Origin: the human T2T-CHM13v2.0 reference genome, Homo sapiens
DNA length: 64,000 nt
Strand: one strand, 5' to 3'
Assembly (NCBI RefSeq): GCF_009914755.1
Contig: NC_060925.1
Numbering within the stretch: position 1 is the stretch's first letter; the number at the start of each line of letters is the position of its first letter. The notes below the pieces were generated by a model. That model was not told the DNA's origin, ran no database searches, and worked only from the letters and a program-made list of their open reading frames with translations. The position numbers and the translations under genes are program-made. This document shows positions 1 through 11,835 of the stretch, piece after piece.

Positions 1-17
1 TCAAAGATGTAATAGAT

Positions 18-337
18 GGGCTGGGCATGGTAGCTCATACCTGTAATCCTAGCATTTTGGGAGGCTGAGGCAGGTGGATCTCTGGAGGCCAGGAGTTCAA
101 GACCAGCCTGGCCAACATGGTGAAACCCCGTCTCTACTAAAAATACAAAAATTAGCTGGGCGTGGTGGCGGGCACCTGTAATCTCAGCTACATGGGAGGC
201 TGAGGCGTAAGAATCGCTTGAACCTGGGAGGCAGAGGTTACAGTGAGCTGAGATCGTGCCACTGCACACTCCAGCCTGAGCGACAGAGCGAGACTCCTTG
301 GCAAAAAAAAAAAAAAAAAAAAAAAAAAAGAAAAGAA
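18..337 (+). mobile_element. Alu (AluS-type), full length
   Basis: Dimeric Alu with A-tail; TSD AAAGATGTAATAGAT at 3-17 and 338-352. Confidence 0.95.
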
Positions 338-1039
338 AAAGATGTAATAGATAACGGCCAAATAGAACTCTGATTGGCATGGGACAAACTGTCTTCCCAC
401 ACAAAGTGGATGACTCCATCCAAACAGGGAGAAGTGCTTTTTAATGAGCTTGTGCAGACTTATGAGAGGAGGTGTTGCTAAATGCACAATTTCCATGAGG
501 CTTTTTCAAATTTTGGAAATTGCTCAGACTACCCCCATCACCTGCTATAAGCGCTGTCACTCTTGTCCCCAGGAGCGACTGGCTCCACTGTAGTGGCCAC
601 AGAGGTGAATGGTTTTCCCCAAGGGAAACCATTGATTCAGACCTATTTTCTTATTTATTGTTGAGGAAACTGAGTCCCAGACAAGTTAAGTAAAATCTTT
701 GAAGTCACCAAGTGAGTTAGTGCCTAGAAGGGGTATTGAATAATGGAACCCATGTGTCACCTGGGACCCACTAGCCCCTGAAGATATGCAATTGACTGGT
801 TCATTCTGTAGCCAGTTCTGTCGCTTATGAAAGTTGAAAGATCTTCCCATTATTTAAAATTCTGGGTTTATGTTCTTACAATTCAGCTCCCATTTCCTTG
901 GAGTGTTAGGTCTGGTTTTCCCTAAATCACCCCAGGACTAAAGCTGGTTCCCGTATTCCACAGTTAAAACTACTCATATAAGTGTTTTGAGGGGGACACA
1001 TGTCACAGAATGGGAAGTTTTGTCACTGAACTAACTTGC

Positions 1040-1300
1040 CTTTCTCCTTTCCTTTCCTTTCCTTTCCTTTCCTTTCCTTTCCTTTCCTTTCTCTCTCTCT
1101 CTCTTTCTTCCTTCCTTCCTTTCTTTCTTTCTTTCTTTTTCTTTTTCTTTCTTTCTTTCTTCTTTCTTTTTCTTTTTCTCTTTCTTCCTTCCTTTCTTCT
1201 CTCTTTCTTTCTTTCTTCCTTCCTTCTTTCTTTCTTTTTTTCTTTCGTTCTTTCGTTCTTTTTCTTTTTTCTTTTCTTTCTTTCTTTCTTTTTTTTTTTT
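1040..1300. repeat. Compound polypyrimidine microsatellite (CTTTC/CT/CTTT) expanded from an Alu tail
   Basis: ~260 nt of almost only C/T directly abutting a minus-strand Alu. Confidence 0.95.
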
Positions 1301-1568
<268 letters not shown>

Positions 1569-1967
1569 CTCTCTTCTTTCTTTTCATCTCTGATCTCTTC
1601 CCCTTCCTTCTGCCTTGTGCTTCACTCCCAGGGTGGAAGAACCCATTTGCTTCTTCTCTAATTTCTGTCAGTGGCTGCATAGGTAACCACATTGTCATCA
1701 CAGATTGCAGGGGCTTCTCACCAGTTCCACCTTCCTTACCTCCAAAGCCAGCATCACAGACAAACAGATTTTCATTCTCCACTGTTTTCCAAACTCAAGT
1801 GTAAGGGCACAGAGTAGACATGGAAGAGAGGAAATGGATGCTTTTCTTAGAGAATAAAGGCTTGTTGAAAAAAAAATCCCATCAAAACCTCATCTCTGTG
1901 CTCCCTGTTCAAAACACATATGTACCTTCATACCTGAGATTTCATTTGGCAGTTATAGCAAACCTGG

Positions 1968-2373
1968 TATATTAGTCAGCTCAGGCTGCCATAGCAAAAT
2001 ACCACAGACTGGGTGGCTTAAACAACAAAAACGTGTTTTCTCAATGTTCTGGAGGCTAGGAAGTCCAAAATCAAGGTGCTGGCAAGGCAGGTTTCATTCT
2101 GAGTCCTCTTCTCTTGGCTTGGAGGTGGCCGTCATCTCACTGTGTGCTCACATGACCTCTTCTTTGAGCACACTTGGGGGTAGTGGGGGGAAGACAGCAA
2201 GCTCTCTAGTGTCTTCCTCATAAGGGCACTAATCTCATCCTGAGGGTCCCACCCTTATGACCTCATCTAACCCTACTCACCTCAAAAAGTTCCCCACTTC
2301 AAGTACCATCACACTGGGGGAAAGGGCTTTAAAATATGAATTTTGGTGAGACACAAACATTCAGGCCATAGCA
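1968..2373. mobile_element. MaLR LTR, MLT1 family
   Basis: Typical termini attagtcagctcaggctgccatagcaaaataccacagactggg ... cattcaggccatagca. Confidence 0.8.
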
Positions 2374-2575
2374 CCTGGGGAGACGTTTTGCTAGTATTCC
2401 AGATGAGAAACTAAGCCTTAGAGAAATAAATCTATTAGAGTGAGCCTATGAGAGAGGACTGGTGGGAGTGTGCATGATGATGGCCTATCCAGGCACACTG
2501 AGGCCCACCCAACTCCTCCCCTTTGCCCTGCCAGCTCAAGAGCGCAAAACTATTTCTTCTAGATTCTTAAAAGGT

Positions 2576-3078
2576 TGTGATTGTTTTAAAATAGGTGCAC
2601 AAATTCTTGGACACTCCTCCCTTCAAAAGGCAGAATCTAATTCCTTTTCCCTTGAATGTGGGCTAGACTTACTGGTTCACTTCTAACAAACGGAATATAG
2701 CAGAAGTGATGGTGTGAGATTTCTGGAATTAGGTCGTAAAATATACTGCAACTTTCTCCTTATTCTCTCTTGCATCATTGGCTCTGGGGAGGACAGCTGC
2801 CATGTTGCGAGGACACTCAAGAAGCCCTGTGAAGAAGAACCAAGGCCACCTGCCAACAGCCCTGTGAGTGTGCCATGTTACTCATGAATCCGTTAGCCCA
2901 GTCAGGCCACCAGGTGACTGCAGCCCTGGCTGTACTTCTGACAAAGCCTCATTAGAAATCCTGAGATGGAATTCCTAGTTGTCACTCCCAGACTCCTGAC
3001 TTACAGAAGCTGTGAGATAACAAATGACTGTTGTTTTAAGCAGCTAAATTTTGAAGACAGCAATAGATAATTAATACA
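2576..3078. mobile_element. MaLR LTR, older MLT1 family
   Basis: MLT1-like body ending gcaatagataattaataca. Confidence 0.7.
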
Positions 3079-4049
3079 AAGAGAAAAGTATTTTATTCTA
3101 TACTCAGTTCTCCATTCTCCATGTTACCCATGTGGCCAAGCCAGATTGACATTTCTCATGCTCCCAGACAGCCAGTGGGTCAAAGAAGAAATTAAAAGAG
3201 AAATTTAAAAACATCTTGAGACAAACAAAAGTGGATACACAACATACTATAAAACCTGTATCTTAATTTTTCATGATACAAACAGAATTATATTAGGAAA
3301 GAAGAATGATGCAGTAATTTACCTGTGAAAATGACTTTAGGAGTGTAGGATAATCATTAAGACCACGGACTGTCTTTTAATAGCTGGATGACCAAAGGTA
3401 AATTATATAGCTTCTCTGGGTCTCATTTTCACTACATGAAAAAATGGAGATATTAATAGTGCCTAATAGTTTTACCTGATAATTAATGAGCTAATATATA
3501 TCAAGTACTTAGCAAAGTAGCCAGCAAATGACTTTAGTCAATGTTCATATTGCCATTAACATAAATATCAGGTATACTGGAACAATTATACACACAAACA
3601 GATGATAAATTGGAAGTGCAGAGCCTATGTTTTCTCCCAGGTTAACCTGTGATCAACTCATGATTTAAAAAGCTGGGTTAATATGGTTGTTTAGAAACCC
3701 TGACTGTCAAATATGATCTACAGAATGTTAGATTATTAAATCCCAATAAAGCAAATGTAACAGAAAAAAATGACTATCAGCTTCCTCTTGGAGAAAACAG
3801 CAATAATGCCATCTTATTGCTACATAATACATACCAAATGGCTTAAAATAAGTGACTAGCTTAATAAACTGTAGTTGCTTAATAAATTGTAGCTATCATT
3901 AACATCTTTTCAGCTGTACAGCTTTTTTTCAGGTGAGTTTCTGTTTGTTTCAGATGCCCACTTCGCTCAGATGAAATGCCAGGCTCAAACTAAAGTCAGT
4001 ATGCATTGCCTGGAAGGCTAATGGCCTAAGCCTTCCAGGCCAGGGGACT

Positions 4050-4508
4050 TGTGAACCCTGAAAATTTAAGACAGGTCTCAGTTAATTTAGAAAGTTTATT
4101 TTGCCAAGGTTGAGGACATGTGCCCGTGACACAGCTTTGTCACACAGCCTCAGGAAGTTCTGATGACATGTGCCCAAGGTGGTTGGGGCACAGTTTGGTT
4201 TTATACATTTTAGGGAGACATGAGACATCAATCAATATATGTAAGAAGTACATTGGTTCCATCCAGAAAGATGGGGACAACTCAAAGCAGGGAAGGGGCT
4301 TCCAGGTCACAGGTAGGTAAGAGACAAATGGTTGCATTCTTTTGAGTTTCTGATTCTTTTCCAAAGGAGGCTATCAGATATGCATCTATCTCAGTGAACA
4401 GAGGGATGACTTTGAATAGAATGGGAGGCAGGTTTGCCCTGAGTAGTTCCCAGCTTGACTTTTCCCTTTAGCTTGGTGATTTTGAGGCCCCAAGATTTTC
4501 CTTTCACA
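4050..4508 (-). mobile_element. Solo ERV1 LTR, MER4A-like
   Basis: TG...CA termini with inverted ends (tgtgaa...ttcaca) and 4-bp TSD GACT (4046-4049, 4509-4512); subfamily from recall. Confidence 0.8.
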
Positions 4509-4629
4509 GACTCAGGATGTCTTCTTCAGTTCAGGATGGACAGCCTCAGAGTAGAGAGCTTCAGGCCCCCTCTCCTTATCTTCTGCTAACCTCCATTCTT
4601 ACTCCTACCCTTTCATCTCAGAATTTTCG

Positions 4630-4890
4630 CTTTGATGTTTCCCACTTCCTTCCTATGGTTACTTTAACCGAAGTGAGTCAGGTCTTACTGAAAAACTGAC
4701 CACAGCCTGTCCGCTCCCAGCCTTCCCCAGACCAGGGCTGCCCAGGCAGAGCGTGAGGGGGACTAGTGTTTACTCAGCTCATTTTTTTCCTCCTCTCTCC
4801 TCTAAGTCACGGGGCTTTGAGTAGGGCTTCCCCAGCCACCGTGCCCCTCCCAGCAGACCGCAGTCAGAAGCCAATCTCACATTTGTCTGG
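4630..4890. promoter_or_regulatory. Candidate IL10 downstream enhancer (~+6 kb from TSS)
   Basis: ETS CACTTCCT 4643-4650, AP-1 TGAGTCA 4674-4680, RUNX ACCACA 4699-4704, FOX TGTTTAC 4767-4773 in unique sequence. Confidence 0.6.
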
Positions 4891-5163
4891 TGGCTCAGAG
4901 AGGGGACAGAAAGAGCAGCAGCTTATGTCCTTGGCTATCCTCTCAAGTGGGCTAATTTGCTTATTTTCAACTCTGTTGGGTCCAGCCCTGTTGCCTCTGA
5001 TCTCAGCTCAAAGAGGATTTGGCGGGAGTTTTTGGTTGTGATAACCAATAACAACCAACTATACGCACTGCGAACATCTCCTAGTGCCAGAAGCCCTGTT
5101 AGCTCATTATCTTAATCCTCAGGATAACCCAGGCAATTTGTATTCACCCTAAAAACTTCCCCT

Positions 5164-5502
<339 letters not shown>

Positions 5503-5820
5503 CTAATTTTGGTACCTACAGAATCTCCCCGTTAGCCTTGAAAATCAGCATGATCTTTAAGGATTTAGGAGCAAATCTTTAAAGGATTGAGTTGTGGGAA
5601 GACCATGATGTCTTTGCTACTGGCTTTTGCAGTGAGAATAGCTTTTTCTCTGATCAGGTTTGGAGCCTTCCCTCTCTCCTGGGGGTAGGGGGTAGCTGGC
5701 TTCCTTTCTCTGAAATGCAGAATTCATTCACCCACTCTCTTTTGTCTTGGGAGCTTTGAGAGAACAATTTTAGTCAGACAAGAGTCAACTGACACCAGAA
5801 CATGATGTGAATAAGATACA

Positions 5821-5830
5821 TTTATTTATT
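5821..5830 (-). terminator. IL10: IL10 polyadenylation signal (overlapping AATAAATAAA)
   Basis: tttatttatt on +; GU/U-rich sequence follows on the minus strand. Confidence 0.9.
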
Positions 5831-5909
5831 CAAAATTAAAATCTGCTATGAAGACAGACAAACAATGTAACATTCCCAGAGGAATTGAATAAATTCTAGT
5901 TAAAACTGA

Positions 5910-6230
<321 letters not shown>

Positions 6231-6599
6231 TAGAACCAAATTTAGGTTGTTATAAATAACAAGCTGGCCACAGCTTTCAAGAATGAAGTGGTTGGGGAAT
6301 GAGGTTAGGGGAATCCCTCCGAGACACTGGAAGGTGAATTAATCATCAAAGGGGCTCCCTGGTTTCTCTTCCTAAGAGTATTTGTAGCAGTTAGGAAGCC
6401 CCAAGCCCAGAGACAAGATAAATTAGAGGGAGGTCAGGGAAAACAGCTCAACAGCTAGAAAGCGTGGTCAGGCTTGGAATGGAAGCTTCTGTTGGCTCCC
6501 CAAAGAACATTTTTTTTCCTCCCTTATGTAACTTATAATTTATCTTAAAACACTCAAATACCATAGTGTGTCACCCTATGGAAACAGCTTAAAAACAGG

Positions 6600-6720
6600 T
6601 GAAAATAATAAATATTGAAAAAAATTATAATATTGGGCTTCTTTCTAAATCGTTCACAGAGAAGCTCAGTAAATAAATAGAAATGGGGGTTGAGGTATCA
6701 GAGGTAATAAATATTCTATA
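6600..6720 (-). promoter_or_regulatory. IL10: AU-rich element cluster with let-7/miR-98 seed matches
   Basis: Several TAAAT (AUUUA in mRNA) at ~6609, 6646, 6670-6678, 6708; TGAGGTA 6691-6697 and GAGGTA 6701-6706. Confidence 0.8.
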
Positions 6721-6836
6721 AGAGAGGTACAATAAGGTTTCTCAAGGGGCTGGGTCAGCTATCCCAGAGCCCCAGATCCGATTTTGGAGACCTCTAATTT
6801 ATGTCCTAGAGTCTATAGAGTCGCCACCCTGATGTC

Positions 6837-6929
6837 TCAGTTTCGTATCTTCATTGTCATGTAGGCTTCTATGTAGTTGATGAAGATGTCAAACTCACTC
6901 ATGGCTTTGTAGATGCCTTTCTCTTGGAG
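6837..6929 (-). CDS. IL10: Interleukin-10 exon 5 coding part ([30 protein letters not shown])
   Basis: Manual translation gives the IL-10 C-terminus with the KAMSEFDIF family motif; acceptor cag 6932-6930; TGA 6839-6837. Confidence 0.99.
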   Translation of the reverse strand, partial: LQEKGIYKAMSEFDIFINYIEAYMTMKIRN

Positions 6930-7349
6930 CTGTGCAGAGAGATAAGAAACATACAGTTAAAATCCTTTCTGGGGACTAAATAGGCTCCCCTCCCTCATGC
7001 TCATGGATGGGCATGACCTTGAGTGCAGAGGTTGCTTGTTCTCCCTCACGCTGGGAAGTAAACCAGAGGATAGGCCTAGCTGCCTTGGGAAAGGCTGTGC
7101 ATTGACCTTCATCTCCTCCAGGCCTCCCCCTAGCAAGGGGAGCATTCATTTTGCAAAGCACTGTCTTCAAAATGATGCCTTTTCAACAATTTTAAAGGTC
7201 ACGTATTCACATGATGATTATGCAGAGTTTGATGAAAAGACATTAGAGGAAGCGCTTCGAAAGCAAGACGGTGAGAGGAGAGGAGGGAGCCTTTTAAATG
7301 TCTGTGTTCTCCCACCAACACACTGAGCAGGCCCTGCCCTGCCGCCCTG

Positions 7350-7600
7350 ACCTACTATGAGAAATTCACACCCCCTGATGTTGGCACTCTGTGCAGTGTC
7401 TGTCCCCAGCCCACGAGGAGGACATAGGCCGCACGGTTTCTGGGAAATCAGACTGAAAAAGTTCACGCACAGTTGGAAGTGTGAAACCCCATTTCGTTTG
7501 GGAACTGACATTCTCAGGCACCTCCGCAGGTGCGAAGGGCAGATGGAAAGCGGGCTTGAACCAACTCCAGGTTAAGTGAGAATCCAGCTTCCTGCTCATT
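7350..7600. promoter_or_regulatory. IL10 intron 4 candidate STAT-responsive enhancer
   Basis: Perfect GAS TTCTGGGAA 7438-7446 with nearby GGAAGT and GAAA motifs; locally CpG-richer. Confidence 0.6.
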
Positions 7601-8029
7601 CTGAGTTCTGGGGAGTCTGGGCTGAACCCCCAGGTGTATTTGTATGTGCACATTTATGTGCCAGCTTCCTGCACGTGTGGGTTCAGCCTAGATTCCCAAC
7701 AAGCTACTTTCTGTACTTTCTGTTTCCTTTGTCACTCTCCCCAGCATGCAGCTCACTGTGTTCACAGGCTGGCCGGCCAGCCTAACCCGCAAGCCTGCAA
7801 AGGCAGCGAGCAGTCATTTAGAAACCCCCAAAGACACTTAACAGAAAACAAATACAATCAAGGCAGCAGCTCCTCACTGGCTGAGCAGGTCATACCATCT
7901 GTCAGGTTCCCACACTCTCTCCAATGAAGAATGGGGCCTATTGAGTCCCCACCACCTTCCATGCTTTGGGGTTGGGGAGTGGGCATGGGTTGTGCTCTGC
8001 AGACCCTCTCTGCCACCATCCAAGCTCAC

Positions 8030-8095
8030 CTTATTAAAGGCATTCTTCACCTGCTCCACGGCCTTGCTCTTGTTTTCACAGGGAAGAAATCGATG
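8030..8095 (-). CDS. IL10: Interleukin-10 exon 4 ([22 protein letters not shown])
   Basis: Within ORF 7874..8200; cag acceptor, gtgagc donor; 66 nt. Confidence 0.99.
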
Positions 8096-8849
8096 CTGTG
8101 GAAGAAAAGAGAAAGTGTTGGTGATCCTGGCTTCCAGCTCCATGTCCATCACACTTAGGGGACAAGCTGGTGGCATCATGAGGAGGCCAGATTTATCCAA
8201 ATGCCTCGCCTCACAGCTCCCAGAGAGAACTGAGCCCTGCTTCCATGGCCCTGGGAGTTAAATGTATTTCTCCAGGACTCACTCCAAGATGTTTGCAAGG
8301 CTTGGATGACAACCCAGGTCTTGGGATTCCTTCCTCCCCCAGAACTCTACAGTATCTCCTGCAGTGCTGAGCGAGGCATTCTTCAGCCTGTCCTTTTCTG
8401 CCTCTCTCTCCTGTTCCTCCCCGTCAGTCACAGCCACCGAGGAACACTTCTAAGCATCTGAGGAGGGAAGCTACTGGGACCAAACCCTTCACATAGCCTT
8501 GTCCTACAAATAGACACCAACTGATTTTCCAATATTGGTGACAGAACAGGGGAAACCATTAGTAGTGAGGGCATCATTTCAGTTGGAGAAATAAATTACC
8601 TGGAGGAATTACTCATAGACACTAGCCTGGGGATGAATAGCCCCCTTGTCCCTTCTAAAATGCCAGGGGAAATCCTGTCAGTCAATTGGGCCCTTCTTAG
8701 AGCTTTGCTTTCAAAACATTGAGATTAAAAGAGGTGAATGATGTTTCCTCTGCTTGGGAACCTTAGCTCCCCGCCCAGGGTCTAGTTACAAAGAGGCAGT
8801 GGAGGCCTGACTGAAGCTCTGGGCTCCTTTTATGAAGAGAGAGGGGAGT

Positions 8850-8960
8850 AGTTAATAACCCACAAATGACTCACAAATAACAGGAAAGCTGTTTGCAAAT
8901 TTCACATGTAAATGCCTAGCAGCCACCCCCAACGCCTGCTCAAAGAGAAATGAGCAAGAG
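8850..8960. promoter_or_regulatory. IL10 intron 3 motif cluster / likely antisense (IL19 long isoform) promoter
   Basis: AP-1 TGACTCA 8867-8873, RUNX-like AACCCACA, GGAAA, octamer-like TTTGCAAAT 8892-8900. Confidence 0.5.
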
Positions 8961-8973
8961 ATCTGACTCCAGG

Positions 8974-9279
8974 AGTCTTTCCTCATTTACAGCTAGCTCT
9001 GCCAGTCTGTGTCTTTGCTGTGTCTGTGGATGTGAGTGTCCCTGCTGGTCTGTAGGAGATGGTATTTTGGGGGCAGCTGCAAGGGAAAAAACTGATCTGC
9101 TACTTACACAGCGCCGTAGCCTCAGCCTGAGGGTCTTCAGGTTCTCCCCCAGGGAGTTCACATGCGCCTTGATGTCTGGGTCTTGGTTCTCAGCTTGGGG
9201 CATCACCTCCTCCAGGTAAAACTGGATCATCTCAGACAAGGCTTGGCAACCCAGGTAACCCTAAGGGCAGGAGCCAAAG
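8974..9279 (+). other. IL19: IL19 long-transcript non-coding first exon, antisense to IL10 exon 3
   Basis: Consensus donor AAG|GTGAGT at 9279/9280 is seen directly; exon identity and approximate 5' start come from recalled annotation, not from the sequence. Confidence 0.7.
9108..9260 (-). CDS. IL10: Interleukin-10 exon 3 ([22 protein letters not shown]...RLRLRRC)
   Basis: ORF 8940..9239 translation; cttag acceptor, gtaagt donor; 153 nt. Confidence 0.99.
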
Positions 9280-9556
9280 GTGAGTGAGAGATTGGCGGAG
9301 GTGGCTGGGAGGAGGGGCTGCTGCAACTAGCTTAAGAGGACAGCTTGGTTCTAGCGATCCTCCTTCACCAGAAGCCTCCCCGAAGGGACTGAGCCCTTTG
9401 TAAACCCTCTGGCTGCTGGATGTGCTGAGTTAACATCTTCCCACTTCTCCTTTTCAAAGCGAAGGAAACAAACCCAATTCCCTGCAATCAGGAAGCAGAG
9501 TCTCCCTTCCCTTAATCATGCTGCACACTCCCCCAGCACCCCGCCCCTGCTCTCAC

Positions 9557-9616
9557 CTTAAAGTCCTCCAGCAAGGACTCCTTTAACAACAAGTTGTCCA
9601 GCTGATCCTTCATTTG
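9557..9616 (-). CDS. IL10: Interleukin-10 exon 2 (QMKDQLDNLLLKESLLEDFK)
   Basis: ORF 9512..9694; ctgcag acceptor, gtgaga donor; 60 nt. Confidence 0.99.
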
Positions 9617-10471
9617 CTGCAGGAAGAACAAAAGGAGAATGAACTTGAGGTTTGGGGAAATAACTGAAATGCGGTCTTTTTGATGCCCTTTCATTTAGAG
9701 ATTTTTTTTTTTAAATAAAATTGGCTCTGGCCCAAAAAAATCAAAAGGGGAGTTTTAAAAACAGAGGATTCAACAGTGATGGGACCATCACTTAAATCAG
9801 GTCCTCCGCCTCAGAGTCAAGTTATTTAAAAAATCTGGCCGATTTTGAAGGGAAAGCAGAAGCTTGACTCAGTCCTGGTCTTCTTTCTGCGGAGCTACAT
9901 TCGGCTTTAAGGGACACCTATGTCAACCCTTCGGGGCCTTGAGCCCCCCTCATGTCCTGTTCTCTGCTTTTCTTTCTCCCCACTGTAGACATCCAGTTTA
10001 GCTTGGAAAGATCCCAGGGATTAAGAAGCTCCTTCTAATGCAGGTTTCCCTCATGTAGAGTGCTTCCCTAAACCACTGGTCTTTCAGGTCTGGAAACGCT
10101 CTAAGCAGAGGCAATTTAAATTTCCCTGCTGCAAGGCATGGGGAGCATCTTCACCTCGAATCAGACATTTCTTTACTTCTCCTAGCCAATAAAGTATAGA
10201 GCGCCAGCAGGATCTTATAAGTTTCTCAGCACGAGAGAGAACGCATTTACTTTATAAGGCAGGTTTCCTGCACATTTACTGTATCATCTGGCTTAGCTTA
10301 ACTCACCAAACCCATGGCTTGATCTAGGATTCTCTTAAGAATTTAAGTTTGGGGGAATAGGTGTTGGGGATGGAGGTGGAGGCGCAGGAGGAGGGTTCTT
10401 ATAGTTCCAGGAGAATGTCTAGTTCAGGCAGTCCCAGGAAGAGAGAAAGGACAGGAAGGAATCATACTCAC

Positions 10472-10636
10472 AAAGAAAGTCTTCACTCTGCTGAAGGCAT
10501 CTCGGAGATCTCGAAGCATGTTAGGCAGGTTGCCTGGGAAGTGGGTGCAGCTGTTCTCAGACTGGGTGCCCTGGCCTGGGCTGGCCCTCACCCCAGTCAG
10601 GAGGACCAGGCAACAGAGCAGTGCTGAGCTGTGCAT
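10472..10636 (-). CDS. IL10: Interleukin-10 exon 1 coding part (signal peptide [18 protein letters not shown] + [12 protein letters not shown]...VKTFF)
   Basis: ORF 10424..10705; ATG at 10636; gtgagt donor; exons sum to 537 nt = 178 aa + stop. Confidence 0.99.
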
Positions 10637-10695
10637 GCCTTCTTTTGCAAGTCTGTCTTGTGGTTTGGTTTTGCAAGAGCAAGCCCCTGATGTGT
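10637..10695 (-). other. IL10: IL10 5' UTR (TSS ~10695)
   Basis: ~25-30 nt downstream of the TATA box; matches the recalled mRNA start ACACATCAGGGG. Confidence 0.85.
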
Positions 10696-11300
10696 AGACC
10701 TTCACCTCTCTGTCCCCCTTTTATATTGTAAGCTCAGGGAGGCCTCTTCATTCATTAAAAAGCCACAATCAAGGTTTCCCGGCACAGGATTTTTTCTGCT
10801 TAGAGCTCCTCCTTCTCTAACCTCTCTAATAAACTTAGTTTTCAATTTTTGCATCGTAAGCAAAAATGATTGGTTGAACATGAACTTCTGCATTACAGCT
10901 ATTTTTAGGATGGGCTACCTCTCTTAGAATAATTTTTTAGCTTCTCAATTAAAAAAAGTTGATTTCCTGGGGAGAACAGCTGTTCTGTGCGCAGAGGCCC
11001 TCAGCTGTGGGTTCTCATTCGCGTGTTCCTAGGTCACAGTGACGTGGACAAATTGCCCATTCCAGAATACAATGGGATTGAGAAATAATTGGGTCCCCCC
11101 AACCTGGGATGAATACCCAAGACTTCTCCTTGCTAACTTAGGCAGTCACCTTAGGTCTCTGGGCCTTAGTTTCCCCAAGTAAAAATGAGGGGGTGGGCTA
11201 AATATCCTCAAAGTTCCCAAGCAGCCCTTCCATTTTACTTTCCAGAGACTGGCTTCCTACAGTACAGGCGGGGTCACAGGATGTGTTCCAGGCTCCTTTA
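10696..11300 (-). promoter_or_regulatory. IL10: IL10 proximal promoter
   Basis: TATAAAA 10725-10719; STAT3-type TTCCCGGCA 10776-10784; CRE-like TGACGTGG 11040-11047; GC box (aggcgggg) ~11266-11273. Confidence 0.9.
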
Positions 11301-11785
11301 CCCCGATTTCATTAGGATTCTCAGGCACATGTTTCCACCTCTTCAGCTGTCCCCCACCCCAACTGTGCTTGGGGGAAGTGGGTAAGAGTAGTCTGCACTT
11401 GCTGAAAGCTTCTTATATGCTAGTCAGGTAGTGCTCACCATGACCCCTACCGTCTCTATTTTATAGTGAGCAAACTGAGGCACAGAGATATTACATCACC
11501 TGTACAAGGGTACACCAGTGCCAACTGAGAATTTGGTTTCCTCACCCTACTGTACACCATCTCCAGCACATAGAATGAAACCTTGGATTAAATTGGCCTT
11601 AGAGTTTCTTTTAGTTGTAAGCTTCTGTGGCTGGAGTCTAAAGTTTAAAAGATGGGGTGGAAGAAGTTGAAATAACAAGGAAAAGAAGTCAGGATTCCAT
11701 GGAGGCTGGATAGGAGGTCCCTTACTTTCCTCTTACCTATCCCTACTTCCCCTTCCCAAAGAAGCCTTAGTAGTGTTGTCTTGGA

Positions 11786-11788
<3 letters not shown>

Positions 11789-11832
<44 letters not shown>
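11789..11832. repeat. (GT)22 microsatellite = IL10.G
   Basis: 44-nt perfect dinucleotide repeat ~1.1 kb upstream of the TSS. Confidence 0.95.

Positions 11833-11835
<3 letters not shown>

Noticed and set aside
8950-9219. 89-aa plus-strand ORF antisense to IL10 exon 3
   Set aside because: Shadow ORF of a coding exon; no recognisable domain, and its ATG precedes the recalled antisense TSS.
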